Shown here in pieces: positions 39,752 to 49,316 of a stretch of 64,000 nucleotides of DNA. Position 1 is the first letter of the stretch; each line of letters starts with the position of its first letter. The DNA comes from an uncultured bacterium (lineage in GTDB: Bacteria; Patescibacteriota; Patescibacteriia; CAIQCM01): contig OY970181.1 of the NCBI GenBank assembly GCA_963708045.1, forward strand, positions 3,740 through 67,739, in the 5' to 3' direction. The position numbers were made by a program, and so were the translations under genes. The notes beneath the pieces are model-generated. The model saw only the letters and a program-made list of their open reading frames with translations. It did no database searches and was not told the DNA's origin.

Positions 39752-40387
39752 TTATGAAAAAAACTTTAGGGTAAAACTAATGGCCGAAGAAAAAAGTGTC
39801 CCGAAGATATTTATACCCATAAGCCCATCTAAAACTATAATTAAAAGCAAAATAAGCGGGCCGCGCGTTTCTAGGTTGTAGCGGAATTTTTGATAACGCG
39901 GATTCGCAAGGGCGGAAAGAAGAAACTTTGACCCATCAAGCGGCGGGATTGGAATCAAATTAAAAAGACAAAGAATAAGGTTAATGACGACCAGTAACAT
40001 TAGAAATTCAGTCAGCATATTTCCAAGGGGGAAATTTGGCGCGACTAATTTAAGAACCGTTCCAAAAACAACCACCGATAAAATATTTGAAACCGGTCCG
40101 GCCGCGGCAACAATCGTGCTCCCCCACCTTGGGAAACGAAGGTTGTACGGATTGTACGGCACCGGCTTTCCCCAACCAAAACCAACAAGAACTAGCGCCA
40201 TAAAACCAAAAGGATCTAAATGTGCAAGCGGGTTTAATGTGAGCCGACCCATTCGCTTGGCCGTTTGGTCGCCAAGCAAATGCGAAGCCAAGGCATGCGA
40301 AAATTCGTGTACCGTAAGCGCAATTAAAATCGCCGCCACCCAGGCGACAAAATAGATTGGATTGGTGAAGAGAAGGTTTATTGGCAT
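39752..40387 (-). CDS. Site-2 protease (peptidase M50)
   Basis: HEFSH, AAAGPVSN, FNLIPIPPLDG. Confidence 0.94.
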   Translation of the reverse strand: MPINLLFTNPIYFVAWVAAILIALTVHEFSHALASHLLGDQTAKRMGRLTLNPLAHLDPFGFMALVLVGFGWGKPVPYNPYNLRFPRWGSTIVAAAGPVSNILSVVVFGTVLKLVAPNFPLGNMLTEFLMLLVVINLILCLFNLIPIPPLDGSKFLLSALANPRYQKFRYNLETRGPLILLLIIVLDGLMGINIFGTLFSSAISFTLKFFS

Positions 40388-40396
40388 TTGTTTATT

Positions 40397-40553
40397 GAAC
40401 TTTTAGCTGTTAACTTTTAACTTTTAATTGACTGATTAAAACCCAATCTTTAGATTACCATAGGCGGACACTTGCACAAAGTTACAAAATATGATATATT
40501 TGGCTCTACTTAAAACAGTCGTCAAACCTAAAAGTTAAAAGTTAAAAGTTAAC
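40397..40553. repeat. Period-7 inverted arms (40397-40430, 40528-40553) enclosing the divergent promoter region
   Basis: GAACTTT TAGCTGT TAACTTT TAACTTT ... CT AAAAGTT AAAAGTT AAAAGTT; rpmB promoter TTGCAC-N17-TATATT (40472-40500) inside. Confidence 0.8.
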
Positions 40554-40562
40554 ACCTAATCT

Positions 40563-40775
40563 ATGTCCAGAAAATGCTCAAATTGCGATCGCCGCTATCT
40601 CGCGAGCGTGAGCCGCAGCCACTCCAACATTGCCACCAAGCGCCGCCAAAATGTTAATCTTCAAGCGCGCCGCGTGGATGGCAAATCAGTCTTGGTCTGT
40701 GCCGCTTGTATCAAAGCCGGAAAAAAGATCAAGAAAGTAAAAGTTGCCAAGGTCGCAAAAGTTTCAAAAAAATAA
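40563..40775 (+). CDS. rpmB: 50S ribosomal protein L28
   Basis: MSRKC..C, SHSNIATKRRQ.VNLQ, VCAACIK. Confidence 0.93.
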   Translation: MSRKCSNCDRRYLASVSRSHSNIATKRRQNVNLQARRVDGKSVLVCAACIKAGKKIKKVKVAKVAKVSKK

Positions 40776-40782
40776 ACGTTTA

Positions 40783-40818
40783 AAAAATACCGCCCTTTCA
40801 TCGGGGTGGTATTTTTTT
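40783..40818. terminator. Bidirectional terminator
   Basis: AAAAATACCGCCC-N7-GGGTGGTATTTTTTT between convergent genes. Confidence 0.65.
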
Positions 40819-40833
40819 AATTGTAGAATAATT

Positions 40834-41085
40834 TTAATTCAGACCAGCAATGCCCAAATCTTTTCGTGCTTCCGCCACCGCTTGAAAAGCCTCCTCTTCG
40901 GAAGTAAACGAAATTTCGCCATATACCGTTGCCGCGCTTTCGCCTTTGGTATTTTTGGTTCCCGCGATAGGAAGGCAGGCAACAAACACGCCGTCAATCT
41001 GTTTTATCTCGTAAGGTTCAAGACCGTGGACTGACACAGGTTCTTTTTCTAATTGTTCGCTATACGCAATTTGTTCGCCGCGCAT
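40834..41085 (-). CDS. Hypothetical protein, 83 aa
   Basis: ATG after an AT-rich leader; protein-like composition. Confidence 0.55.
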   Translation of the reverse strand: MRGEQIAYSEQLEKEPVSVHGLEPYEIKQIDGVFVACLPIAGTKNTKGESAATVYGEISFTSEEEAFQAVAEARKDLGIAGLN

Positions 41086-41136
41086 ATAAATAAATTTTAA
41101 AAATTATTTATTATTAACGATATAATCAATTTTTTA

Positions 41137-41208
41137 TCGGGGCGACAGGAATTGAACCTGCTGTTTCTTGCACCCCATGCAAGCGTGATACCGGTTCACC
41201 ACGCCCCG
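41137..41208 (-). tRNA. tRNA-Pro(GGG)
   Basis: CGGGGCG/CGCCCCG-A; anticodon arm CTTGC-ATGGGGT-GCAAG; T-loop TTCAATT. Confidence 0.93.
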
Positions 41209-41265
41209 ATAAAAAATTGGTTTTTGGTCTGTTAATTTTGTAACTCCAGATTATCCATAAAAATG

Positions 41266-41302
41266 AAAAGAGGCAAGGGTGCGAAACCACCCTTGCCTCT
41301 TT
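41266..41302 (-). terminator. Intrinsic terminator
   Basis: AAAGAGGCAAGGGTG-CGAAAC-CACCCTTGCCTCTTT. Confidence 0.75.
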
Positions 41303-41317
41303 GAAAACGGCAGCCGC

Positions 41318-41878
41318 TCACACTGATGCGACAGACTCGCGAACCGGTTCGGAGGAAACAACGCGCTGAAACAGTGCGGGCAAGCCGGTTATGTTGGGCC
41401 GATCACTAGCACAGGCCTCGCTCAATCTATAAGCGACGTAGCCACCCGTAAGATTGACGAATCCCGGCATAGCCAGATACTCGGCAACGCCCGTGATCAA
41501 AATGATTCTCTGAAAACCGAGAACAGCCTCATCAACCGATAGATATGTCGGCGACCTCTCATTTAGATCTGAGAAATTGCGCGGACGAACAACGCTCTGA
41601 TCACGTGAAACGATCAAAATCCGATCGTCACGTCCACACCCCTCCCGATCACCCAAACTCGCCAAATCAGTTAGTTCACCTCCAAGGACAAAAACCGGAG
41701 ACTGGTTCGGCGCTTCGGTTTCAATGCGAGCAATTTTGCAGGTTGCTTCATTATGGCGCCACCGATACTCTTGCCCCGCTTTCTTGGCAAAAACCTCCGC
41801 CATCCGGTGAACGATACTGACTGCCCAGACATCAGACTCGAGACACGCGATCATTAGTTTTTTTGCAGCGTTTTTCAC
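41318..41878 (-). CDS. Hypothetical protein
   Basis: GTG start overlapping the upstream stop; SD AGGAGG. Confidence 0.65.
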   Translation of the reverse strand: MKNAAKKLMIACLESDVWAVSIVHRMAEVFAKKAGQEYRWRHNEATCKIARIETEAPNQSPVFVLGGELTDLASLGDREGCGRDDRILIVSRDQSVVRPRNFSDLNERSPTYLSVDEAVLGFQRIILITGVAEYLAMPGFVNLTGGYVAYRLSEACASDRPNITGLPALFQRVVSSEPVRESVASV

Positions 41879-42477
41879 AACGAACCTCCTTGTTGTTCAA
41901 GTGGAGCAGGAATAACTTTTTCAAACGGTTTTCTTGGTTGCGGCCAATTCTTTGCCTTTGCCAAACCACCCAAAAGCGCGATCGCGATTTGTGTGTGGTA
42001 AAGCGAACGGTTTTCAGGACGATCAATATATCCTCGCGATATGTCGTTCACGAGAAAAATATAAGGAAAGTCGTTCAGCCGAAACCCATTACTTTGCGGT
42101 GGAATAAAGAAGTGGGTTAATTCCCCCCTCGCACCTCTCACGTCCGCAACTTCCAACCACTGCCTATGACCGGACGCCAGCGTCAAGTAGAGTACTTCGT
42201 CTCTTGTTAAATCAATATCAAGCGAGCTAAGCGCTGCTCGTTTTTTAACTCCAGTTGCGACTTCAATCAAACGCCCATTCCACACTTCTTTTGAACTACT
42301 AGAATCAATCACCGAAAAACCAGAAACTCTGCCGCCAGCACACCCGTCGCTCGCAATAAACGGCGACCATCTGATTCTTCTAATCCGATGTCTTTCGTGT
42401 CTAGTGTCATCTTCTAGCGCGGCGATTGTCTCGGCGATCAAACGGTCGCCCCAGTGATAAACTAATGCCTTAACCAT
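41875..42477 (-). CDS. Hypothetical protein
   Basis: ATG after an SD-like GGGGGTG; 200 aa. Confidence 0.65.
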   Translation of the reverse strand: MVKALVYHWGDRLIAETIAALEDDTRHERHRIRRIRWSPFIASDGCAGGRVSGFSVIDSSSSKEVWNGRLIEVATGVKKRAALSSLDIDLTRDEVLYLTLASGHRQWLEVADVRGARGELTHFFIPPQSNGFRLNDFPYIFLVNDISRGYIDRPENRSLYHTQIAIALLGGLAKAKNWPQPRKPFEKVIPAPLEQQGGSL

Positions 42478-42511
42478 GTTGCACCCCCAAAACTTTGAAT
42501 TGTTCACGAAC

Positions 42512-42688
42512 AAAAAATCCTCGGCGATCCGAGGAGTTTTGGCACGAAAATTAATTCACGCTAAAACTCCTACGGCCCGAAGATGGTAAAGCAATATTGC
42601 CAAACAAAGTTGGCGCCGGTCGTTCCGTTAGTTTTAATGTGGCAAGTAAGCATATTTTATATATACGCCCTAAATGCTTTTTTGTAAA
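42512..42688 (-). promoter_or_regulatory. Promoter + 27-aa leader peptide (42570-42653) + antiterminator/terminator attenuator
   Basis: TTTACA-N17-TATATA; the uORF stop overlaps AGGAGTTTT, which pairs with AAAACTCCT overlapping terminator TCCTCGG-ATCG-CCGAGGA-TTTTTT. Confidence 0.65.
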
Positions 42689-42788
42689 GACAGTAGGCGG
42701 CGCCCCCCACATCCCATGCTTCTTTATACTTAATACCCCCTCCCATCTTTACGCGACCGCGTAAAGATGGGAGGGGTAAAATATTTTT

Positions 42789-42832
42789 AAAATAAACTAC
42801 CCCTAAGCAGAGCTCACGGGGTAGTTTATTTA
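42789..42832 (-). terminator. Terminator after ndk (a second perfect hairpin at about 42735-42778)
   Basis: AAATAAACTACCCC ... GGGGTAGTTTATTT. Confidence 0.65.
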
Positions 42833-42853
42833 ATACTACAACCTACAAACTGG

Positions 42854-43447
42854 TTATTGTTTCGGCAAAAACCACGTTGGGTCGTACTGCACGCGATCGT
42901 TAACGTGTTCGTACTCATAAAGCTCAACGTCGGAAAACCAGATCGGAATTTCGTATTCAGCTTCTTTGGCATTACCCGAAGCGTGAATCAAATTGCGAAT
43001 CGGACGATTCTGAGTATTAGAAAGCGCATAGCTATCATGCGAAAAGTCGCCGCGGATCGTCCCTGGAGCCGAACCAGCTGGTTCGGTCGCGCCGACAAGT
43101 TTCCTAATGAGCGAAACCGCCGCTTCCCCTTCCCAAACCATCGCGACGATCGGCGCCGACTTTAAAAAATTAACCAATTGGTCTTTAATTGACTTGCCGT
43201 ATGACAAGTGATCAGCAAAAGGAAATTTTTCGCCAAGCGAATCATATTTGGTCTTGGCTTTGGTATAGACACCCATCATCCACTCTTCGGTAAGAGCATA
43301 ATGCTTGTCCACGTCTTCGTGTGATGCGTGAACCATTTTAATCGCCGTGAGCTTAAGACCAACGCGCTCAAAGCGGCCGATGATTTCGCCGATGAGTCCG
43401 CGCTGAACACCATCCGGTTTAATTAAGACGAGAGATTTTTCCATCAT
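42854..43447 (-). CDS. ndk: Nucleoside diphosphate kinase
   Basis: IKPDGVQRGLIG, GAT.P...PGTIRGD, NLIHAS. Confidence 0.95.
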   Translation of the reverse strand: MMEKSLVLIKPDGVQRGLIGEIIGRFERVGLKLTAIKMVHASHEDVDKHYALTEEWMMGVYTKAKTKYDSLGEKFPFADHLSYGKSIKDQLVNFLKSAPIVAMVWEGEAAVSLIRKLVGATEPAGSAPGTIRGDFSHDSYALSNTQNRPIRNLIHASGNAKEAEYEIPIWFSDVELYEYEHVNDRVQYDPTWFLPKQ

Positions 43448-43454
43448 ATTCGTT

Positions 43455-43531
43455 TAACTTTTAACTGTTAACTGTTAACTTTTAGGATCCTTGTCAAACT
43501 AAAAGTTAAAAGTTAAAACTTAAAAGTTAAT
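43455..43531. repeat. Period-7 inverted array (TAACTTT/AAAAGTT family)
   Basis: TAACTTT TAACTGT TAACTGT TAACTTT TAG-N13-CT AAAAGTT AAAAGTT AAAACTT AAAAGTT. Confidence 0.85.
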
Positions 43532-43535
43532 TAAA

Positions 43536-44450
43536 CTACTTTACCTTCTCGCCCCTAACTTGTAAAGAATAACCATCAGTTATGACAGACACATCGCCAT
43601 CAAGATCGGTTCGGAAATATTTGACACTGGTTTTCTTTAAAAGTTCAAGCACGCGCCAAGTAGGAAAGCCATACATATTTCTCACGCCCAAAGACATTGC
43701 CGCATAAGCAGGCGCAACCGCCGCCAAAAAATTTTCACCGGTAGAATACGCGCTTCCGTGGTGTCCAATTTTTATAAAATCAGCCTTGGGGTTAATGCTG
43801 GACGCGAGTATCTCGTCTTCAACAACCGTTGTCGCGTCACCCATTAAAAGAAAATTTAAATTTTTATATGACAGCATTCCAACAATGGACGAATCGTTTA
43901 ACCCGTCGTTGCTTCCCTTGTGCTTTTTGTCCACGTCAATTTGATTTTCGTAATGCAAAACCTTAAACGACATTTCGCCAACCGCTTCCAGTGAAGCATT
44001 TGAGGGGTTAACAATCAAAATATTTTTTTCTTTGATCGTTGCGTCAAAATCGCGTTGAATCATACTTCCTGAAATCGCATCAGTTTTAAGAATTTTACCG
44101 ACGGAATATTTTTTAATTACCGCATCAAGCCCGGTAATGTGGTCTGAATGCGGGTGGGTTAAAATAATTAGATCAATCGTATTGTCCCCCGCTGGCATTA
44201 CTTCGCCGAGTTTGGCAAGAATAGATGCGTCCGGGCCGCCGTCTATTAAAATTTGCCTGTCGCCGACTTCGGCAAGAATTGAATCACCTTGTCCAACGTC
44301 AAAAACATAAAGACTCATTTCGTCGGGTTTAGGCGGCACTGGCGCGCGCGAACTTATTCTTTCAAGATACGGAACACCAAAAAGGAGCACCCCGCCCATC
44401 GCGGCTGTTAAAAAATAATGACGAAAATTTTTTCTAAAGCGTCGCAACAT
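43536..44450 (-). CDS. ComEC/Rec2 metallo-beta-lactamase-fold domain protein
   Basis: DVGQGD, LIDGG, THPHSDH, NDSS, MGD, HHGS. Confidence 0.9.
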   Translation of the reverse strand: MLRRFRKNFRHYFLTAAMGGVLLFGVPYLERISSRAPVPPKPDEMSLYVFDVGQGDSILAEVGDRQILIDGGPDASILAKLGEVMPAGDNTIDLIILTHPHSDHITGLDAVIKKYSVGKILKTDAISGSMIQRDFDATIKEKNILIVNPSNASLEAVGEMSFKVLHYENQIDVDKKHKGSNDGLNDSSIVGMLSYKNLNFLLMGDATTVVEDEILASSINPKADFIKIGHHGSAYSTGENFLAAVAPAYAAMSLGVRNMYGFPTWRVLELLKKTSVKYFRTDLDGDVSVITDGYSLQVRGEKVK

Positions 44451-45618
44451 CTTTTTCTTTTATTTTTATATAAACGGCGACTGCAATTAAGCCAGTGGTC
44501 ATTATTATTGCCGCGGCAAAACCGGAAAATAATTGGTTTACGCCAGCAAACGGTAAGCGAGAAAACAATTTAACAAGCGAGAGGTCGTAATTGGTAAAAA
44601 TTTGTGCGACTAAACCAACCAACCTGCCCGCGGGAACAAAAATTAACGACGCTATTGCCGTTAAAAATCCAAAAAACATCGTTACCCCAATAAAAGGCAA
44701 AAGCAAAATATTAGTCGGCAAAGCGACAAACGAAAACCGGCCAAAAACAAAAAGCATTATCGGCAAAGTGGCAAAAGTGGCGGCGGTGGTCGCGACGGCC
44801 ATTTCGCGCAATTTCCATCTTTTAGTTATAAACGAAAACAGCGGCGTTAACGCGGGGCTAAAATATATAAGACCAAACGTGGCGGCAAACGACAAAAGAA
44901 AACCGACATCCGTTCCAATTAAGCGCGGTGAAATTAAAAGCATTGCCGCGGCGGCGACAAATACAGCGCGGCCGGCCTGCGACTCGCGACCAACCGCAAT
45001 GGCAATCATCATTACCATTACCATCACTCCAGCGCGGACAAGCGACGACGGCGCGCCAGTAAGAATTATAAAGATAAGGAGCGTCGCGGCAACTAAAATT
45101 TTTCTTAAAATTTTTCCAAACGGCAGTGACAAAAATATATTGTCCAAAAATTCAGAAATAACCGTCAGGTTCCAACCGGAAAGCGCCATCACGTGAACCG
45201 TCCCCGTCGCGACAAACGCTGCCTTAAGATCGGCGGGCAATTTTCCTTCGCCAACAAGCAGACCATTAATGAACGAGGCATGCGGTTCGGGAAGCGCCAA
45301 AGCAACCGCGTTCATAAAAGTTATTTTAATTTGCGGAAAAAGAACGAAATCTACAGGCACGCCGGACGACAAAAAACGACAAAAACCGCAAGCAAAAAAA
45401 GACGCCATCGCAAAAATAAATCGCCACGTTTTTCCAATCGGCAAAAAGAAAATTACTATTCCCGTTCCAAATGCGCCAATCCAGAAAGGTACGAGACTTG
45501 GAAATGTTTTTTCGGGAAAAAACAACGCACCAAAACAAATGCCAGCCACAAACGAACCAACGGCGAAAATAAAATTAGCCGAGGGCGAGGCGATAATTTT
45601 TAAAAATCCCCCTTTCAT
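44434..45618 (-). CDS. comEC: ComEC/Rec2 competence membrane domain protein
   Basis: G..HVMALSGWN, PSSLVRA, GFLLSF.AT. Confidence 0.9.
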   Translation of the reverse strand: MKGGFLKIIASPSANFIFAVGSFVAGICFGALFFPEKTFPSLVPFWIGAFGTGIVIFFLPIGKTWRFIFAMASFFACGFCRFLSSGVPVDFVLFPQIKITFMNAVALALPEPHASFINGLLVGEGKLPADLKAAFVATGTVHVMALSGWNLTVISEFLDNIFLSLPFGKILRKILVAATLLIFIILTGAPSSLVRAGVMVMVMMIAIAVGRESQAGRAVFVAAAAMLLISPRLIGTDVGFLLSFAATFGLIYFSPALTPLFSFITKRWKLREMAVATTAATFATLPIMLFVFGRFSFVALPTNILLLPFIGVTMFFGFLTAIASLIFVPAGRLVGLVAQIFTNYDLSLVKLFSRLPFAGVNQLFSGFAAAIIMTTGLIAVAVYIKIKEKDVATL

Positions 45619-45632
45619 CTTTAAAAGCTAAC

Positions 45633-45677
45633 GGGGACAGACCCCTTATTTAATGCCGATTATGGGGTCTGTCCCCT
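45633..45677. repeat. Inverted pair of GGGGACAGACCCC palindromes (REP doublet-like)
   Basis: GGGGACAGACCCC-spacer-GGGGTCTGTCCCC. Confidence 0.65.
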
Positions 45678-45679
45678 TG

Positions 45680-48088
45680 TTATTCAACAACAATATTAAC
45701 CAGCTTACCGCCGGCGACGATAATTTTAATTACTTTTTTTCCAGCTAGCCAATCAACAATCTTTGGGAGTTCAAGCGCGCGCTTTTCAAGATCAGCATCG
45801 GGAAGTCCAGCCGGCACAACAAGCCGGTCGCGCATCTTGCCGTTTATCTGAACAATAAGCGTGACTTCGTCTTCGGCCGTGAGCGACTCTTTATAGCTCG
45901 GCCAAGCGGAAAACGACAAAACTTCTTTTTGTTTTAATTTTTCCCACATTTCTTCGCCAAGGTGCGGCGCAAACGGACAAACTAATTTTACCAAACTAAC
46001 AACCGTTTCGGGACTTAGTGTTTCTCGTTTTTCCAACTCGTTTAACAAAATCATTAGCGACGAAATCGCCGTGTTAAACTTAAAAGCTTCAACGTCGGCA
46101 GACACTTTTTTAATCGTCTGGTGGAGTAGCCGCGTCAGCTTATTGTCGGTTGCAGCTTTATCATCAATCTTTTCCAAAAGCCCGTAAACGCGATCAAGAA
46201 ACCGGCGTACGCCGACAATGGAATCGGTTGACCACGGTTTGGCGTCTTCAAACGGCCCCATAAACATAAGGTAGGTGCGTAAAGCATCGGCGCCAAAACG
46301 ATCCACCATTTCGTCTGGATTCACAACATTGCCTTTTGACTTGGACATCTTTTCATTATTCTCGCCAAGAATCATTCCTTGCGAACGGAAACAAATCGCC
46401 GGTTCGTTAAAATTTACATAGCCCAAATCGCGCAAGGCTTTGGCAAAAAAGCGGACATAAAGAAGGTGCAACACGGCATGCTCAGCGCCACCGACATAAA
46501 GATCAACCGGACACCATTTTTTTAACGCCTCGGCTGAAGCAAATTGCTTTTCGTTTTTTGAATCAGCATAGCGCAAGTAATACCACGACGAGTCAACAAA
46601 AGTATCCATTGTGTCGGATTCGCGCCGTGCCGGCTTGTCGCAACGCGGGCATTTTACTTTATGAAAAGTTTTTGAATGAACGAGCGGACTTTCACCGGTC
46701 GGCTTAAAATCAACATCATGCGGCAACACCACCGGCAAATCTTTTTCCGGCACCGGAACTTCGCCGCACTCATCGCAATAAATTATTGGAATCGGCGCGC
46801 CCCAATAGCGCTGGCGAGAAATAAGCCAGTCGCGCAAATGCCAATTAACAGTTTTGTTGCCTTTTTTTATCGCAGCAAGCGCGTCAACAATTTTTTGCTT
46901 GGCATCAACCGAGGTCAGCCCATTCCATTCGCCCGAATTTACCATTATGCCAGCGTCGGTCCAAGCGCGCGTGTCGTCGTGTGGAATACCAACGGGCGGC
47001 GCAACAACAAATTTAATTTGGCAATCGTATTTTTTCGCAAAAGCAAAATCGCGATCATCATGCGCTGGAACGCCCATTACTGCGCCCGTGCCATAGCGCG
47101 GCAAAACATAATCAGCAATCCAGACGGGAATTTTCTCCCCGGAAAATGGATGAATGACATAAGCACCAATGAAGACGCCTGTCTTGTCGCCCTTTTCTCC
47201 AGTGCGTTCTAATTCATTTTTTGTCGCCGTCGCTTTTTGATACGCCGCAACTTCGGCGCGCATTTCTGGCGCTGTGATTTCGGCGACCAGCGGATGCTCG
47301 GGTGCGAGCACGACATAAGTGACGCCCATAAGCGTATCCGGCCGCGTCGTAAATACCGGCAAATTAAATTCTTTGTCGCCAAAGGTTCCACTAAAAATAA
47401 TTTCTGCACCCTCGGAGCGGCCGATCCAATTGCGCTGAGAAATAATAATCTTTTCCGGCCAATCCAAACCAACAAGCTCGTCCAATAATTCTTGTGCGTA
47501 TTCGGTTATTCTAAAAAACCATTGGCTTAACTCTTTTTGCACGACATCATTGCCACAGCGGTCGCATTTTCCACCAACTACCTGCTCGTTTGCGAGCACT
47601 GTCTGACAAGAGTTGCACCAGTTAGCTGGCGCAAAAGTTTTATAAGCCAAGCCTTTTTTATAAAGCTGCAAAAAAATCCACTGCGTCCAACGATAATATT
47701 CTGGCGACGACGTGTTCACTTCGCGCGACCAGTCATAAGAAAGGCCGATTGACTTAATCTGCTTCCGAAAATTTTCAATGGCTTTTTTTGTCGTTTCCTC
47801 GGGATGAACCTTTGTCTTAATGGCATAATTTTCCGCGGGCAGTCCAAAAGCATCCCAACCCATTGGTTGGAGTACGTTTTTTCCTTCCATCCGCCGCTTA
47901 CGAGCGATAATATCAACGGCTGTATATGAAAGCGGATGCCCAACGTGCAACCCTTGCGCCGACGGGTACGGAAACATTACGAGCGTGTAGTATTTTTCCT
48001 TATCGCTTTTCTCGTCAGCACGAAACCAACCTTCCTTTTCCCAACGCTTTTGCCACTTTGGCTCAATTTTCCGGTGGTCAAAATTCAT
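45680..48088 (-). CDS. leuS: Leucyl-tRNA synthetase
   Basis: MFPYPS..LHVGH, FTTRPDT, DWLISRQRYWG, KMSKS. Confidence 0.97.
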   Translation of the reverse strand: MNFDHRKIEPKWQKRWEKEGWFRADEKSDKEKYYTLVMFPYPSAQGLHVGHPLSYTAVDIIARKRRMEGKNVLQPMGWDAFGLPAENYAIKTKVHPEETTKKAIENFRKQIKSIGLSYDWSREVNTSSPEYYRWTQWIFLQLYKKGLAYKTFAPANWCNSCQTVLANEQVVGGKCDRCGNDVVQKELSQWFFRITEYAQELLDELVGLDWPEKIIISQRNWIGRSEGAEIIFSGTFGDKEFNLPVFTTRPDTLMGVTYVVLAPEHPLVAEITAPEMRAEVAAYQKATATKNELERTGEKGDKTGVFIGAYVIHPFSGEKIPVWIADYVLPRYGTGAVMGVPAHDDRDFAFAKKYDCQIKFVVAPPVGIPHDDTRAWTDAGIMVNSGEWNGLTSVDAKQKIVDALAAIKKGNKTVNWHLRDWLISRQRYWGAPIPIIYCDECGEVPVPEKDLPVVLPHDVDFKPTGESPLVHSKTFHKVKCPRCDKPARRESDTMDTFVDSSWYYLRYADSKNEKQFASAEALKKWCPVDLYVGGAEHAVLHLLYVRFFAKALRDLGYVNFNEPAICFRSQGMILGENNEKMSKSKGNVVNPDEMVDRFGADALRTYLMFMGPFEDAKPWSTDSIVGVRRFLDRVYGLLEKIDDKAATDNKLTRLLHQTIKKVSADVEAFKFNTAISSLMILLNELEKRETLSPETVVSLVKLVCPFAPHLGEEMWEKLKQKEVLSFSAWPSYKESLTAEDEVTLIVQINGKMRDRLVVPAGLPDADLEKRALELPKIVDWLAGKKVIKIIVAGGKLVNIVVE

Positions 48089-48161
48089 AAATTATGGACG
48101 GCGAACAATTCAATATTGAAATATTCCCACAAAATCAAAGTTTTCGCAATACGCCTCGTAA

Positions 48162-48193
48162 CAAAAAACGAGGGGTTCCACCCCTCGTTTTTT
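48162..48193 (-). terminator. Intrinsic terminator
   Basis: AAAAAACGAGGGG-TTCCA-CCCCTCGTTTTTT. Confidence 0.75.
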
Positions 48194-48202
48194 ATATACA
48201 AT

Positions 48203-49285
48203 TTAAATTTTTTTAATAATCTTGATGACCCCTTGTTCCGCATCAACTTCTATTTCATCTCCATCTTTAAGAACTTTGGTGGCAATTTTGGTACCAATGA
48301 TACAGGGTTTGCCAAGTTCGCGCGCAACAATCGCCGCATGACAAGTAACCCCACCTTCGTCAGTAACGATTGCTGAGGCCGTTTTCATTGCGGGCACGAA
48401 ATCGGGTGAGGTCATCGCCGTAACAAGAATCGCATCTTTCGGAAACAACTTAATATCATCATGTGTAAATACCAGACGCACCGATCCAGTCACAGCCGGC
48501 GCTTTAAAAGCGATTGACCCCTTAAACGATTGTACTTCCTCCGTTTCCAGAAATGAATATCGGTATCCTCGTTTTCCCAACAATTCCGAAAAAGACTTAC
48601 CAATAACTAGTTCATCTCCAAACAAAACATAGCCGCTAGTCCTAGTATCAAGAATATCCTGTTTTGGCGCGACGCCGCGAACAAACATTTCCCTAAGTTC
48701 AGAAACAGTAAGGAGGTGTGCAAAACGGCGCGCGATACCAAGAGTCTCCAGTCTGGAACAGGCCATATCTCGCACAAAGGCGTCAACCTGCTCAAACAAA
48801 CCTTCCAAAAATACACGATTATCATATTGCGCCTTAAGGTATTTCTCGGCCGCTTCGCCTTTTGCTTCCTTAAACGCTTCGGCAAACGGTCCGGGAAGAA
48901 AAACCGAAAACATATAGCCGGGGTACATTGTTGCCCAAAGTTCAAGGCAGCGTTCGTACACCATAGTATATTCCGAAGACTCTACTGAGTGTTGCTTAAT
49001 AAGCTCGCGCAATTGAACTGCTGCTTTGCGGGTCTTTTCCCGAAACTCGTCAGAAAATAATTGATGATCAAAGGGGAGTTGGGCAATGTGTGCGCGCAAT
49101 GCCTCAACTTCATCGCGAACGCGATACGCTTCAAGTGCGCGTCCGTTAAAATTGCAGATTTGAATTGAAAAACTTTTGCCCCACACCTGCTTTACTTCCT
49201 GATCAAGTAACGATTTCCACCAAAACTGGGCGGTAAAAAGAGAAAAGTCCCTGGTAAATATCAAATCTAATAATTTCTTTTCCAT
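48203..49285 (-). CDS. Protein with C-terminal PEP-utilising mobile (phosphohistidine) domain; no ATP-grasp recognisable
   Basis: ILVTAMTSPD..P.MK.ASAIVTDEGGVTCHAAIVARELGKPC. Confidence 0.85.
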   Translation of the reverse strand: MEKKLLDLIFTRDFSLFTAQFWWKSLLDQEVKQVWGKSFSIQICNFNGRALEAYRVRDEVEALRAHIAQLPFDHQLFSDEFREKTRKAAVQLRELIKQHSVESSEYTMVYERCLELWATMYPGYMFSVFLPGPFAEAFKEAKGEAAEKYLKAQYDNRVFLEGLFEQVDAFVRDMACSRLETLGIARRFAHLLTVSELREMFVRGVAPKQDILDTRTSGYVLFGDELVIGKSFSELLGKRGYRYSFLETEEVQSFKGSIAFKAPAVTGSVRLVFTHDDIKLFPKDAILVTAMTSPDFVPAMKTASAIVTDEGGVTCHAAIVARELGKPCIIGTKIATKVLKDGDEIEVDAEQGVIKIIKKI

Positions 49286-49316
49286 GGGTTTGTTTTGGTT
49301 ATTTTTTTATTCATTT

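Noticed and set aside
41597-41612. parS-like TCACGTGAAAC
   Set aside because: Only about 11 of 16 positions match the consensus and it lies inside an accessory ORF far from parAB.
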